Origin: an uncultured Nitrospiraceae bacterium
GTDB taxonomy: Bacteria > Nitrospirota > Thermodesulfovibrionia > Thermodesulfovibrionales > SM23-35
DNA length: 64,000 nucleotides
Direction of reading: 5' to 3'
Assembly (NCBI GenBank): GCA_963727775.1
Contig: CAVSHB010000001.1
Span: 800,001-864,000, forward strand
A model generated the notes under the pieces. The model made no database searches. It was not told where the DNA came from and saw nothing but the letters and a program-made list of their open reading frames with translations. Every line of letters starts with the position of its first letter. The stretch's first letter is position 1. Below, in pieces: positions 22,084 to 31,580 of this stretch. A program made the translations under genes and the position numbers.

Positions 22084-22353
22084 TTATTCGGTAAAATTAT
22101 AATGCTTTCTGACAGGTTCTTTTATATCCCATACACAAGAGAGCCCTTTGGGAAATGTCACAAAATCTCCAGCTCCGAATTCAACCTTGCCGTCCTTTGT
22201 TTCCACAATAACTTTACCCTTTAGGAGGTAGCATTCTTCAATACTGTCATAATGCCAATCGAATCGTGATACTTCTTTTTCCCAAATACCCCATTGACTG
22301 ACCTTGCGTTCTTCAAGGAATTGCTGTGTTGGTTTCTCAACTTTTTTTTCCAT
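22084..22353 (-). CDS. Cupin_3 (DUF861/EutQ-like) protein
   Basis: WGIWEKE..FDWHY..EECYLLKG...GDFVTFPKG; ATG 22353 follows GGAGG. Confidence 0.88.
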   Translation of the reverse strand: MEKKVEKPTQQFLEERKVSQWGIWEKEVSRFDWHYDSIEECYLLKGKVIVETKDGKVEFGAGDFVTFPKGLSCVWDIKEPVRKHYNFTE

Positions 22354-22377
22354 CTTTTTGCCTCCATTTTCCACCAA

Positions 22378-23304
22378 TCATTTAGTAATATCTTTTTGGC
22401 AATCATAACAATATGCCCTGCCACCAAATCTTTCCTTGTTTTGCCAGCAAAAATCAGCTACTTTTTTAGTAATGGATTTCTTGCACTTGCTACAATAAAA
22501 CTTTTTTTCTGACTGCCGAGAAGAGTCTTCTGCTTCCTTTTTTTCTGGCGAAGTCTTCGGGGGTTCAGTTTTTTCGGTTATCCCAAATCTGCTTTTAAAA
22601 TCTATTTTCGCTGGCTTGTGTAGCTTTGCCAACTTACGGGTAATCTCCATTACTGTCTCCGCCGATGATAATTTCCCTATGTCAGTTATTACTCCAGAAA
22701 ATTTCCTCTCATCAAATTCCTTGTTTATTTGGCTACGGAGGGTATCTGCTTTTATTACCATGCTTGCATCAAAATGTTCTTTAGATGGTTTTATTACTCT
22801 GGACTGGGGGGAAACAAGAATATAACTTCTGAAAGTAGGTGAGAGTTGGATGCCCAATCTCGTTGGCATGATATTGTAATGTTTGATGACCTTATCGAGT
22901 AAGAAAATATGTCTCCTATTTTGTTCAATCGGTGACGTGATAGCATTGTATTTGTTGTTGTGAGCCTTCAAGAACTCTCCTTCAGTTGTTATCTTCAAAG
23001 TGTCCGAGAAGTTTTTAGATTCCAAGACATAAAAATCAAAAAGTCTATTTATGACCAGATGGTCTATCTGTGCAACCTTATTCTCGAATTCCAATCTCAA
23101 ATCATGTATAACTGCATGATTCTTGGATGAATCGAAATCAAAGTCTATGTAATAGGCGGAGTCCTTTTCTCCCCTTTCCCCAGATTTCAAACAATTCAGT
23201 TCTTTCTTGATTAAGGATTTTTTTCCTTCTGGCAGGTTCAAAGCTAATAAGGAAGATAGTTCATCTATTTCTGATTGTTTTGAATCCTTTTCCTTAATAA
23301 TCAT
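22378..23304 (-). CDS. NERD nuclease-related protein with C-terminal zinc ribbon
   Basis: GERGE, HDLRL, QIDHLVI, VLESKN, SPIEQN; CSKC...CYDCQ. Confidence 0.88.
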   Translation of the reverse strand: MIIKEKDSKQSEIDELSSLLALNLPEGKKSLIKKELNCLKSGERGEKDSAYYIDFDFDSSKNHAVIHDLRLEFENKVAQIDHLVINRLFDFYVLESKNFSDTLKITTEGEFLKAHNNKYNAITSPIEQNRRHIFLLDKVIKHYNIMPTRLGIQLSPTFRSYILVSPQSRVIKPSKEHFDASMVIKADTLRSQINKEFDERKFSGVITDIGKLSSAETVMEITRKLAKLHKPAKIDFKSRFGITEKTEPPKTSPEKKEAEDSSRQSEKKFYCSKCKKSITKKVADFCWQNKERFGGRAYCYDCQKDITK

Positions 23305-23333
23305 TTGCCCCCCTATTAAGAATATGCCCTATT

Positions 23334-23624
23334 TTAATCATGAAGCAACTTCCCACAATACGGACAAACTTTAGCTTCTCGTTTTATTGATTCAGCACAA
23401 TAGAAACATTTTTTCATTCCCGCTGACATCTGCTCTTTTCCTGCCTCTTGATTCTTAGGTTTAATCCATAATGAATGAGGTAACGCCACTATAAAAAACA
23501 TAGCACTGTAAAACCACCATAATAAAAAGTTTTTCCCTTTGTTTCGGGCAATAAAGGCAGGGATCAATCCAATAAGGAATGCTAACGGCAATATTTGTAG
23601 CAGGGATATGAGGTCTTTGTCCAT
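23334..23624 (-). CDS. Membrane protein with C-terminal double zinc ribbon
   Basis: IPAFIARNKGKNFLLWW; KKCFYCAE.IK.EA.VCPYCG. Confidence 0.75.
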   Translation of the reverse strand: MDKDLISLLQILPLAFLIGLIPAFIARNKGKNFLLWWFYSAMFFIVALPHSLWIKPKNQEAGKEQMSAGMKKCFYCAESIKREAKVCPYCGKLLHD

Positions 23625-23706
23625 TATTAATAATAAAACAAAACACATTATAATTGATGAGGTAGCTTGGGAATTTATTATCAGTTTAAAAACAGGAGGA
23701 CAAAAT

Positions 23707-24255
23707 ATGCACAAGATTACATCCTATATAATGATTTTGCTCTTAGCGGTATTCTTCATTGCCTGTTCAAACACTCAAGCAGTAGAACTCACTCTCAATA
23801 ATACTCCTGCCCAAGTCTATTTCAGCCCCAGTGGTGGTGCTACGGATGCGGTTGTGAAGGAAATAGGCAAGGCTAAGTCTGAGATTTTAGTTCAGGCATA
23901 TAGTTTTACCAGCAAGGAAATCGCAAAGGCTTTGGTTGATGCTCACAAAAGAGGAATTCATATAGAAATCATCCTTGATAAAAGTAACAGGTCTCAAAAA
24001 TATTCTGCCGCTGATTTTACCTTTAACATGGGGATTCCCACTTTTATAGATGCTGAACATCAAATTGCCCACAACAAGATAATGGTTATAGACAAGGAGA
24101 CTGTTATCACAGGTAGTTTTAATTTTACCAAGGCTGCCGAGGAAAAGAATGCTGAAAACTTATTAATTTTGAAGTCTAAGGAACTCGCAAAGTTGTATAT
24201 TGATAATTGGAACAAACACAAAAGCCATTCTCAGGGGTATGGGGGGAGGCAATAG
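23707..24255 (+). CDS. Phospholipase D family (Nuc-like) endonuclease, exported
   Basis: VYFSP, single HKD motif HNKIMVID...TGSFNFT..A...NAEN; SD AGGAGG. Confidence 0.9.
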   Translation: MHKITSYIMILLLAVFFIACSNTQAVELTLNNTPAQVYFSPSGGATDAVVKEIGKAKSEILVQAYSFTSKEIAKALVDAHKRGIHIEIILDKSNRSQKYSAADFTFNMGIPTFIDAEHQIAHNKIMVIDKETVITGSFNFTKAAEEKNAENLLILKSKELAKLYIDNWNKHKSHSQGYGGRQ

Positions 24256-24263
24256 GGAGAATT

Positions 24264-24680
24264 ATGGTTGCCACAGACACAATCTCTTTAAGCACAAAAG
24301 GTTTTAGTGATGTGCTCGATATTACTGACAAAGTCACAGTAATCGTAGCAAAGTCAGCCGTTCAGAATGGCTTGGTGAATGTTTTTTGCTCGGGTTCAAC
24401 TGGAAGCATAACAACAATCGAATTTGAGTCAGGTGTCATTAACGACTTAAAGAAAGCCATTGAAAAGATTGTTCCTTCAAATATCCCCTATGAACATGAC
24501 AAGAGATGGGGAGACGGTAATGGCTTTTCTCATGTGAGAGCAGCTCTCATGAAACCTTCCCTGACAAGTCCCATAGTCAAAGGAAAACTGACTCTGGGGA
24601 CATGGCAGCAGATAGTCTTTATGGATTTTGATAATCGGAGTAGGGATAGGAAGATTGTTGTGCAGGTTGTAGGCGAGTAA
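24264..24680 (+). CDS. yjbQ: YjbQ/UPF0047 family protein
   Basis: YEHD...GNGFSH, LGTWQQI..DFD. Confidence 0.88.
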   Translation: MVATDTISLSTKGFSDVLDITDKVTVIVAKSAVQNGLVNVFCSGSTGSITTIEFESGVINDLKKAIEKIVPSNIPYEHDKRWGDGNGFSHVRAALMKPSLTSPIVKGKLTLGTWQQIVFMDFDNRSRDRKIVVQVVGE

Positions 24681-24857
24681 GCAGGTCTTTGTTCCACCTA
24701 CACATAAACGTTTTCAGGAGTTCCAAAATTTTATCTCTTTCTTCATCAACTCCACAAAATGAACAAACTTCATCTGATGCAAAGTACATTTGAAAACACT
24801 CAGAATAAAAGTTGATGTAATTTGACAATTACCATTTGAAAGAGAGATTTTCTGTGT

Positions 24858-26087
24858 CTACTCAGGATAAGCAGTAATAACAGTACGTTTATGTGTAGCA
24901 ATAGTCGGATCCCATGATGCAGCACAGGTTATCAGTGTTAATCGCTCTCCTAGACTATAATCATAGAGTTTCGGGTCATTCACATCCATAGAGGTCTTTT
25001 CTTTCACTTTATAGACATATTTCTTTCCTTTGTAAAAAACATATATGCGGATTCCCTGCTCCATAATGTCAATCATATTAAAAGGCCCCTGCGGTCGCCA
25101 CCATCCAAATTCGCCAATATTGTGTCCCTCCAAAATACAGTTGCCTCCCTTTCCCGGAGCCGATGATTTTGAAACATGGCACACACCCTCTGATAGTTTT
25201 TCCTCACTTATCCCTTCTAAAATCGGGGCATCCACCGAGGCTGTGGGGATGATTATCCAATCCTCTTGAGCCTGTCCGATATGCTCTGCCCTTTTTCCCA
25301 ATGCCGCAAACTTCTTCATCGAATCCTTTCGGACGAGTTCTGCTATTTTCTCCAATGTCCCACTCTTCTTTATCGCACTTCTTTGAACTCGGGCGGGTAC
25401 TTCTGCCGTTGTCTCTGAAGTTTCACTCTTCTTTATCTCATCTTCTTTTACTCGTTCTTGGAAGACATCTGGTTTTACCAATATCGCATCTTTCTTTGTC
25501 TCACGCTCAGGAACCTGTGCAGAAATTTCAGTCTCTTTCTTCAAAGCATCACTCTTCTCAATCTCATCCCCTTGCGTCTGTCCGAGTAATTCTGCTTTTT
25601 TCTCCAATGCTTCAATCTTAGATGATGAAAATAGAAAGGTGATATATGGTCGTGCAACCCATATAGCTGTACTTACCCCAGCAACGATAAGGATAATCCC
25701 TAAAACAGAGATGGAAATATTGACAGTTTTGCTCCATAGACTTATGGGTCCATGATTTGAAGCTGGTTCGTGGAGGATGTCTTCTTTTTCTGAGAAGCTA
25801 CAGATAGAAAGTTCAGGAAACCTTTTTTTCAACCAAAATAATATCGGAATGGAAATAATGGCAATAACAATCCACACTGTTATAACCCCTGTCAGTATGA
25901 GTGTCGGATTAAGGGCTATTGTCTCAAATACTGCCTTAATTGCAGGTCGGTGAGGAATGGGTCTGGTATACCAGGCGTAAGCACAAACAAGACTCGTTAA
26001 CAGAAAATAAATCAAAGGCACAGTATACCACTTGAGATATCTTCGTATGGTTACTCGTGCCTTTGCAGTGAAACTTATGGCTTCCAC
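24858..26087 (-). CDS. Sortase with N-terminal TM helices and repetitive linker
   Basis: Catalytic His (LEGHN), LTLITC and downstream Arg (KRTVITA). Confidence 0.9.
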   Translation of the reverse strand: MEAISFTAKARVTIRRYLKWYTVPLIYFLLTSLVCAYAWYTRPIPHRPAIKAVFETIALNPTLILTGVITVWIVIAIISIPILFWLKKRFPELSICSFSEKEDILHEPASNHGPISLWSKTVNISISVLGIILIVAGVSTAIWVARPYITFLFSSSKIEALEKKAELLGQTQGDEIEKSDALKKETEISAQVPERETKKDAILVKPDVFQERVKEDEIKKSETSETTAEVPARVQRSAIKKSGTLEKIAELVRKDSMKKFAALGKRAEHIGQAQEDWIIIPTASVDAPILEGISEEKLSEGVCHVSKSSAPGKGGNCILEGHNIGEFGWWRPQGPFNMIDIMEQGIRIYVFYKGKKYVYKVKEKTSMDVNDPKLYDYSLGERLTLITCAASWDPTIATHKRTVITAYPE

Positions 26088-26117
26088 TTCTATGAAACTA
26101 ACTTCTTTATGTTCTCC

Positions 26118-28274
26118 TTATGCTTTTCCAAGCCATTTGTTTTTTCTCAGAATAAACACTCCCGCTGAAATAGCTAGAATGGCAATCAACGCTATCATGT
26201 TCTCATTGGCTCCCGTTGAATATCCACTACCACTACCACCGGAATATGGATAACCAACCCCAAAAGGTGAAAGTGATGTAACTTGTCCTGTAATTGTATT
26301 GGCAGAAGTATTAACAGAGATGGTTACATCTCTCCATGCGCCACTTTCCCAATGGAAAAGTTTTAGGCTATTCTCTGAACCCTGGATTGCTGATTCACTG
26401 TATGGAACGGTAACCGTGATTGTACCAGTATAGGTTGCAGTAGTTGTGAGGTCAAAGCAACTGCCTGCAAATCTATAACCTGAAGGTGGACCCGCACATG
26501 ATTCCGCTGCTACTGAAGTCGTGCCTGAAGCGGTTACGTTTGAGAAAGTTACCTGTGTGCCGCTTCCCGGATTCACTGTTATGCTTGATCCCGTTTGAGT
26601 ATTATCTATCGCAAAGCTGGCAGTTACCGTGATATTGCCTGCAACATTGGTGTCTGTCCTTGGGTTGGCTGTAGAAGAATCACTCCATTGTACAAAGTGG
26701 TAGCCGGTATTCGCAACAGCGGTGACTGCCGTGCCTGAGGCTCCATAATTGACTGTCTGAGGAGTCGTTCCGCTGATTGATCCATTGGCCCCGGCATTGT
26801 AGGTTAGGGTATAAGTGTTGATCGCAAAGGTTGCGCTTACCGAGCAGTCCGCTGTAACGGCATCAGTGGTATAGGTATACGTATTAACAGCATTGCTTGT
26901 GTTGTTGTATGTTGTCGCACCACAGGTCGATGTCACGCCTGCCACATGGTAGCCGGTGTTCGCGTTAAACTTGAAACTCGTGGTTGAGCCGCTGCTTACT
27001 GTCTGCGGTGACGTGGTCGTCCCGTCAAGCGTGCCGTTTGATCCGGCGGTTGCCGAAACCGCGAAGGCTGATGAAATCTTCCGGATTTTGTTATTCCTGG
27101 TATCAGCCACATATAGGCTTGTGCCGTCCGTGGTTATGTCGTTAGGATTATAGAACCTTGCAGCATTCCCTGTGCCGTCGGTGTCGCTGTATGCTGTTGA
27201 GCCTTGGGCCGGGCCTGCCAGCGTAGTGACCACGCCTGTCGTGATCACGATCTGCCGGATTTTGTTATTATAGGCATCAGCCACATAAAGGTTTGTACCG
27301 TCCGTGGTTATGCCGCTAGGAATATAGAACCTTGCAGCATTTCCTGTGCCGTCGGTGTCGCCGGATGCTCTTGAGCCCTGGGCCGGGCCTGCCAGCGTAG
27401 TGACCACGCCTGTCGTGATCACGATCTGCCGGATTTTGTTATTAAAGTAATCAGCCACATAAAGGTTTGTACCGTCCGTGGTTATGCCGCTAGGAATATA
27501 GAACCTTGCAGCATTTCCTGTGCCGTCGGTGTCGCCGGATGTTGTTGAGCCTTGGGCCGGGCCTGCCAGCGTAGTGACAGCGCCTGTAGCAATCACGATC
27601 TTCCGGATTTTGTTATTGTTGCTATCAGCCACATAAAGGTTTGTGCCGTCCGTGGTTATGCCGTTAGGATTATAGAACCTTGCAGCATTTCCTGTGTCGT
27701 CGGTATCGCCGGATGTTGTTGAGCCTTGGGCCGGGCCTGCCAGCGTAGTGACAGCGCCTGTAGCAATCACGATCTTCCGGATTTTGTTATTATTGCTATC
27801 AGCCACATAAAGGTTTGTGCCGTCCGTGGTTATGCTGGAAGGATTTTTGAACCTTGCAGCATTTCCTGTGTCGTCGGTGTCGCCGGATACTGTTGAGCCT
27901 TGGGCCGGGCCTGCCAGCGTAGTGACAGCGCCTGTAGCAATCACGATCTTCCGGATTTTGTTATTATTGTTATCAGCCACATAAAGGTTTGTGCCGTCCG
28001 TGGTTATGCCATAAGGATAATTGAACCTTGCAGCATTTCCTGTGCCGTCGGTGTCGCTGGATGCTCTTGAGCCCTGGGCCGGGCCTGCAAAGGTGGTCAC
28101 TGCTGCGGGTACCAAATTGAGCGGTGTCCCCTGAATCGCACCGCCCATAAGAGGATGATTAGCAAATGTAGCGCCCACCGAAAACACCAGCAGAACCAGC
28201 GCGATCAATGAGATTGTCATACACGCCATTGACTTGGCATGGCTCGCCGTTGTCCCTTTCTGTGAGTCGTGCAT
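26118..28274 (-). CDS. Exported NHL-repeat beta-propeller protein with InlB-B-like repeats and C-terminal sorting signal
   Basis: Six GITTDGTNLYVAD..NNKIR repeats; ANTGYH repeats; tail YSTGANEN + hydrophobic helix + RKNK; ATG 28274 follows TAAGGAGG. Confidence 0.85.
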   Translation of the reverse strand: MHDSQKGTTASHAKSMACMTISLIALVLLVFSVGATFANHPLMGGAIQGTPLNLVPAAVTTFAGPAQGSRASSDTDGTGNAARFNYPYGITTDGTNLYVADNNNNKIRKIVIATGAVTTLAGPAQGSTVSGDTDDTGNAARFKNPSSITTDGTNLYVADSNNNKIRKIVIATGAVTTLAGPAQGSTTSGDTDDTGNAARFYNPNGITTDGTNLYVADSNNNKIRKIVIATGAVTTLAGPAQGSTTSGDTDGTGNAARFYIPSGITTDGTNLYVADYFNNKIRQIVITTGVVTTLAGPAQGSRASGDTDGTGNAARFYIPSGITTDGTNLYVADAYNNKIRQIVITTGVVTTLAGPAQGSTAYSDTDGTGNAARFYNPNDITTDGTSLYVADTRNNKIRKISSAFAVSATAGSNGTLDGTTTSPQTVSSGSTTSFKFNANTGYHVAGVTSTCGATTYNNTSNAVNTYTYTTDAVTADCSVSATFAINTYTLTYNAGANGSISGTTPQTVNYGASGTAVTAVANTGYHFVQWSDSSTANPRTDTNVAGNITVTASFAIDNTQTGSSITVNPGSGTQVTFSNVTASGTTSVAAESCAGPPSGYRFAGSCFDLTTTATYTGTITVTVPYSESAIQGSENSLKLFHWESGAWRDVTISVNTSANTITGQVTSLSPFGVGYPYSGGSGSGYSTGANENMIALIAILAISAGVFILRKNKWLGKA
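27076..28100 (-). repeat. Six 174-bp intragenic tandem repeats
   Basis: GGGCCTGC anchor at 27211, 27385, 27559, 27733, 27907, 28081. Confidence 0.92.
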
Positions 28275-29077
28275 TTTAGTACCCTCCTTAGCCGATGTGT
28301 TAACTGACCGATCAACCGCATTCCATAGATCTGTTTTCATGTCCCCCACCTCGTACGTATTCTTTTTAATTTTACCGAATATTCCATATGTTTTCTCTGT
28401 TATGGAAAGCTGAGTGATTCTCAAGGCATGATTGATTGCTGCTTGCTTTTCTTTTTGTGTGAGCGATTCGCATAGCTTGGATTCTTTTAACAGCTCCAAA
28501 ATTTCCCCTCGCGTCAGATGTGTCTCGTCATGAAGCTATTTTCTGAAGCTATATATACTTCTTTTATATCACTATCAGTATAACATTTATAATTTGTCTC
28601 TTCAATATGAAAATGGGTTAAATTTAGTAAGAAAAAGGGTTAAATAATATTACAACTTTAATTGGCATTGCAGGAATGCTTCATATTTATTGTGCAGAAT
28701 AAATAAGCAAATACTTCGAGTATGATTGTTAATTGTTATATACATGATTTTGAGATATGTTGATGATGAGGAAGATATCTTTCCTGTATATTTCCAAAGA
28801 TAATCTTGCCCCCTTTAAAAACAATCGGTCGTGCAATGTTTGTATAGAAAGTACACAAACGTTAGATTTTTTGGCTGTGCGGATAACTATGTGAAACGTG
28901 GTGCTCCACAGCAACTTCTTGTCGCACTTTGGTACAGGAAGCACAGGGCACTGTAGATTTCTATTCGAAGGTCTCATCCCCGCAGCCTGGAATGTGGGAT
29001 TAGAACACTGTACACTGCACAGCCTTTACAATTCCGGATCTATCTTCCGCATCTCTCCCCGTCTGCCGGTCCGCCGA

Positions 29078-29626
29078 TTAAGAGGACTTCAATTTGCTAT
29101 TTTTCAGGTGTCCTCTTAACTTTAATCCTGATTCAATGTATTTATGCCGAGCTATGAAATCAGGCACCTCTATGAAGTCCTTTGTCGCACCGCTTGCCTC
29201 TTTCATCTCTTCGCCGCTCGGAGCAATGAGCACAGCGGAAATAACTTTGGTTGCATCAAGACCTTCAGCGAGCTTTTTTACCAATTTTCTATCCGAAATT
29301 CCTGCTTCGTCCATGACTGCACTGATTCCACCACTTTTGCCCACTACACGATCAACGATTTCCGTTGCTTTTGAACTGACAGTTGTTTCGGCATAACCGG
29401 CTAACCGACAGGCTTCCGCATTGCTTTTGCCCTCTATAATTGCTTTCTTTATTATCTGCTCGCGGATCTTCTGCACTGCTTTTGTTTTTGTGGGTTTTAC
29501 GGGAGGTTTTCTTTTTTGGGGGGTATTCTTTGTTGTGATTTGAGCAGGAGCATGAAAGACAGAGGGAAAGGATTCGCTTGCACTCTTCACTTTCTCAGCA
29601 GTCTCGTTCTCCGTACCTATGCTCAC
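29078..29626 (-). CDS. Terminase small subunit-like HTH protein
   Basis: GKSNAEACRLAGYAETT HTH; GLDATK and EVPDFIARHKY resemble phage TerS-like proteins. Confidence 0.6.
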   Translation of the reverse strand: MSIGTENETAEKVKSASESFPSVFHAPAQITTKNTPQKRKPPVKPTKTKAVQKIREQIIKKAIIEGKSNAEACRLAGYAETTVSSKATEIVDRVVGKSGGISAVMDEAGISDRKLVKKLAEGLDATKVISAVLIAPSGEEMKEASGATKDFIEVPDFIARHKYIESGLKLRGHLKNSKLKSS

Positions 29627-29838
29627 TGTTGAACACTCCTTTTGTCGTCAAATTTTAAGCAATTTAGGTTCATAGCTCTGTACCTCATAAATATAGCAGA
29701 TTTATTTAGATTTTGGTCGATTTTGCTCGATTTCAGCAGTAATTCTGAAACGAAATTAGCAGTTATTTTACAAAGTGGTAACCTTTGTACGAATCGCTGC
29801 CTGCGTAGCATTAAGAGGACTTCGTTTTCTTTACTCAC
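29623..29838 (-). CDS. Hypothetical protein
   Basis: 4-nt overlaps with both terS-like neighbours suggest translational coupling. Confidence 0.4.
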   Translation of the reverse strand: MSKENEVLLMLRRQRFVQRLPLCKITANFVSELLLKSSKIDQNLNKSAIFMRYRAMNLNCLKFDDKRSVQQ

Positions 29839-30419
29839 TTCGCTTCCTCCAACAACCTTTTCTGTTCTTTAAGCCTTCTCACTACTTCTTCCGCTGGCAT
29901 GTCATCGAGGCCAAGTCTTTTACGCCTCGCTTCATAGGTTTCCACGGGTACATTTATGGTGACCTGCTCCTTGAGCATGCCGAGTCGTTGCATCTTTATT
30001 CGAATGGCTTGCAGTTTATCAAAAAACTTCAGCGTCCTGTGGGTCCCGATCTGGGTTTCGAGGATTCCCATCTCCTTCACACAGGCGACTTGCTCGACTG
30101 TAAGCTCGTGGATATTCTTCAATTCCCCATTCTCATGCACGAAATCCTTGAGATTAAACCGTATTATCGTGTCAAGGTGAGCCTCCACTTCATGAGCCTC
30201 CATAAGTGCTTTATCAGTCAAATTGTTGAGGGAATTACGAGAATTAGAAATCGCAGTTTGAATTTCAGGTTTTTTCAAGTTTTCTTGCCCGATTGAATAA
30301 GCAGTCTTTTTTGAATAACCAGCCCGAAGAGCTGCTTGTGTGGCGTTGAAATCTTTCAGATACTCAGCGACAAAGAGCTGTGCTTTCGGGGTAAGCTGTC
30401 TGTTCTTTCTTATTGCCAT
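29835..30419 (-). CDS. terS: Phage terminase small subunit
   Basis: LTPKAQLFVAEYLKDFNATQAALRAGYSKKTAYSIGQENLKKPEI; DKLQA...LGM. Confidence 0.92.
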   Translation of the reverse strand: MAIRKNRQLTPKAQLFVAEYLKDFNATQAALRAGYSKKTAYSIGQENLKKPEIQTAISNSRNSLNNLTDKALMEAHEVEAHLDTIIRFNLKDFVHENGELKNIHELTVEQVACVKEMGILETQIGTHRTLKFFDKLQAIRIKMQRLGMLKEQVTINVPVETYEARRKRLGLDDMPAEEVVRRLKEQKRLLEEAK

Positions 30420-30512
30420 AATTCCTCCTTTATAATCATAGTCAGAGACTGTCCAGAGACGGTGATATTAGGGGGTGATGGCTTATAACTTATTGAATTA
30501 AAAGGAAAGTTA

Positions 30513-30589
30513 TGGCGGGGTGGACGGGACTTGAACCCGCGACCTCTGGCTTGACAGGCCAGCGTTCTAACCAGCTGAACTACCACCCC
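30513..30589 (-). tRNA. tRNA-Asp(GTC)
   Basis: GGGGTGG/CCACCCC acceptor stem, CTGGC-CTGTCAA-GCCAG anticodon arm, encoded CCA. Confidence 0.97.
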
Positions 30590-30679
30590 TTATCGAAAGT
30601 GAAAAGTCGGCAGAACCCAACGAGATTTTGTAATTCAGAACCTTGTACCTTTTTACTTATGTCTAATAACTGCATTTAA

Positions 30680-30755
30680 TGGTAGGCGGAACAGGGCTTG
30701 AACCTGTGACCCCAGCCTTGTAAGGGCTGTGCTCTCCCAGCTGAGCTATCCGCCC
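30680..30755 (-). tRNA. tRNA-Val(TAC)
   Basis: CAGCC-CTTACAA-GGCTG anticodon arm, GGTTCAA T loop, encoded CCA. Confidence 0.97.
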
Positions 30756-30896
30756 GTTAGAACTAAACTGTTCGCCGAAATATTAAGCCGTTTATATGAG
30801 ATTGACTTATCCGACGCCAATTTCATTCAGAGGATTATTTTACTTTTTGTTGCAGGTTGTTGTCAATGAATGCGCGACCGTTATTTTCTTATCGAT

Positions 30897-31205
30897 CTAA
30901 CTTTTTTTAAGAGTGACAGAGCCGTTTTCGGGATTATAATCATATTTCGACAGATCGATGGGCGCATTGATCAAGTCTTTTATGTCGTCGAGGCTTTGAG
31001 GATATTTATCATTTGAGGCATGATATGCAGCGACGGCTTTTTTCACAGCGTCGAGGTTCGCGGTTTCGCCTGCGTTCTGCGCGCCTTTATACGAACCGAT
31101 AAGGGCGTTGCCGTATTCAGCTACAGGGTTTTTAGGCTTTTGATCGCATGCGGCCAGGAGAAGCACGATAAAGATTGACGAGAATATTATTTGCACTTTG
31201 CTCAT
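30897..31205 (-). CDS. Hypothetical lipoprotein
   Basis: Lipobox LAAC; YPQSLDDI...YDYNP. Confidence 0.7.
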   Translation of the reverse strand: MSKVQIIFSSIFIVLLLAACDQKPKNPVAEYGNALIGSYKGAQNAGETANLDAVKKAVAAYHASNDKYPQSLDDIKDLINAPIDLSKYDYNPENGSVTLKKS

Positions 31206-31580
31206 GTAATTATTCTATATGTAAAGGTATCCAGGCTGTCAAATTAAAAGAGGACTCCAAGCAAAACCCACTTAATATATAAAATTTGTAGATGCCGACA
31301 GATACAATATTTGCGCTCATTCTCAGCCCGGTACGAATCGGGCCTCCGAGGTAAATTCTTTCTTCGAAAGAATTTAAAACCGCTTAAACACTGTATCTGT
31401 CGGCTCTTATTCATGAAATAATTGAAGTAATGGCGGACACCGTATTTTCGCGGTTTTAAATTCTGTGAAGCGTTATCGGAACAGAATTTACCTCGGAGGG
31501 CAATGGCCCGAGAATGAGCGCAAGTACTGTGCCCGTCATTATTAAACATCGGTAAATATCAGTTTCAGGGAAAAGGCGGA

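Noticed and set aside
27076..28100. CRISPR array or DGR template
   Set aside because: Contiguous in-frame coding repeats without spacers; no cas or reverse transcriptase gene.
28275..28499. N-terminal extension of the NHL protein in the ORF track
   Set aside because: The ATG at 28274 has a strong SD and lies nearer the signal-like hydrophobic segment.
30513..30540. Second att copy of the tRNA-Asp 3' end
   Set aside because: None found by eye in this window, so the island's left end rests only on the 20722 junction.
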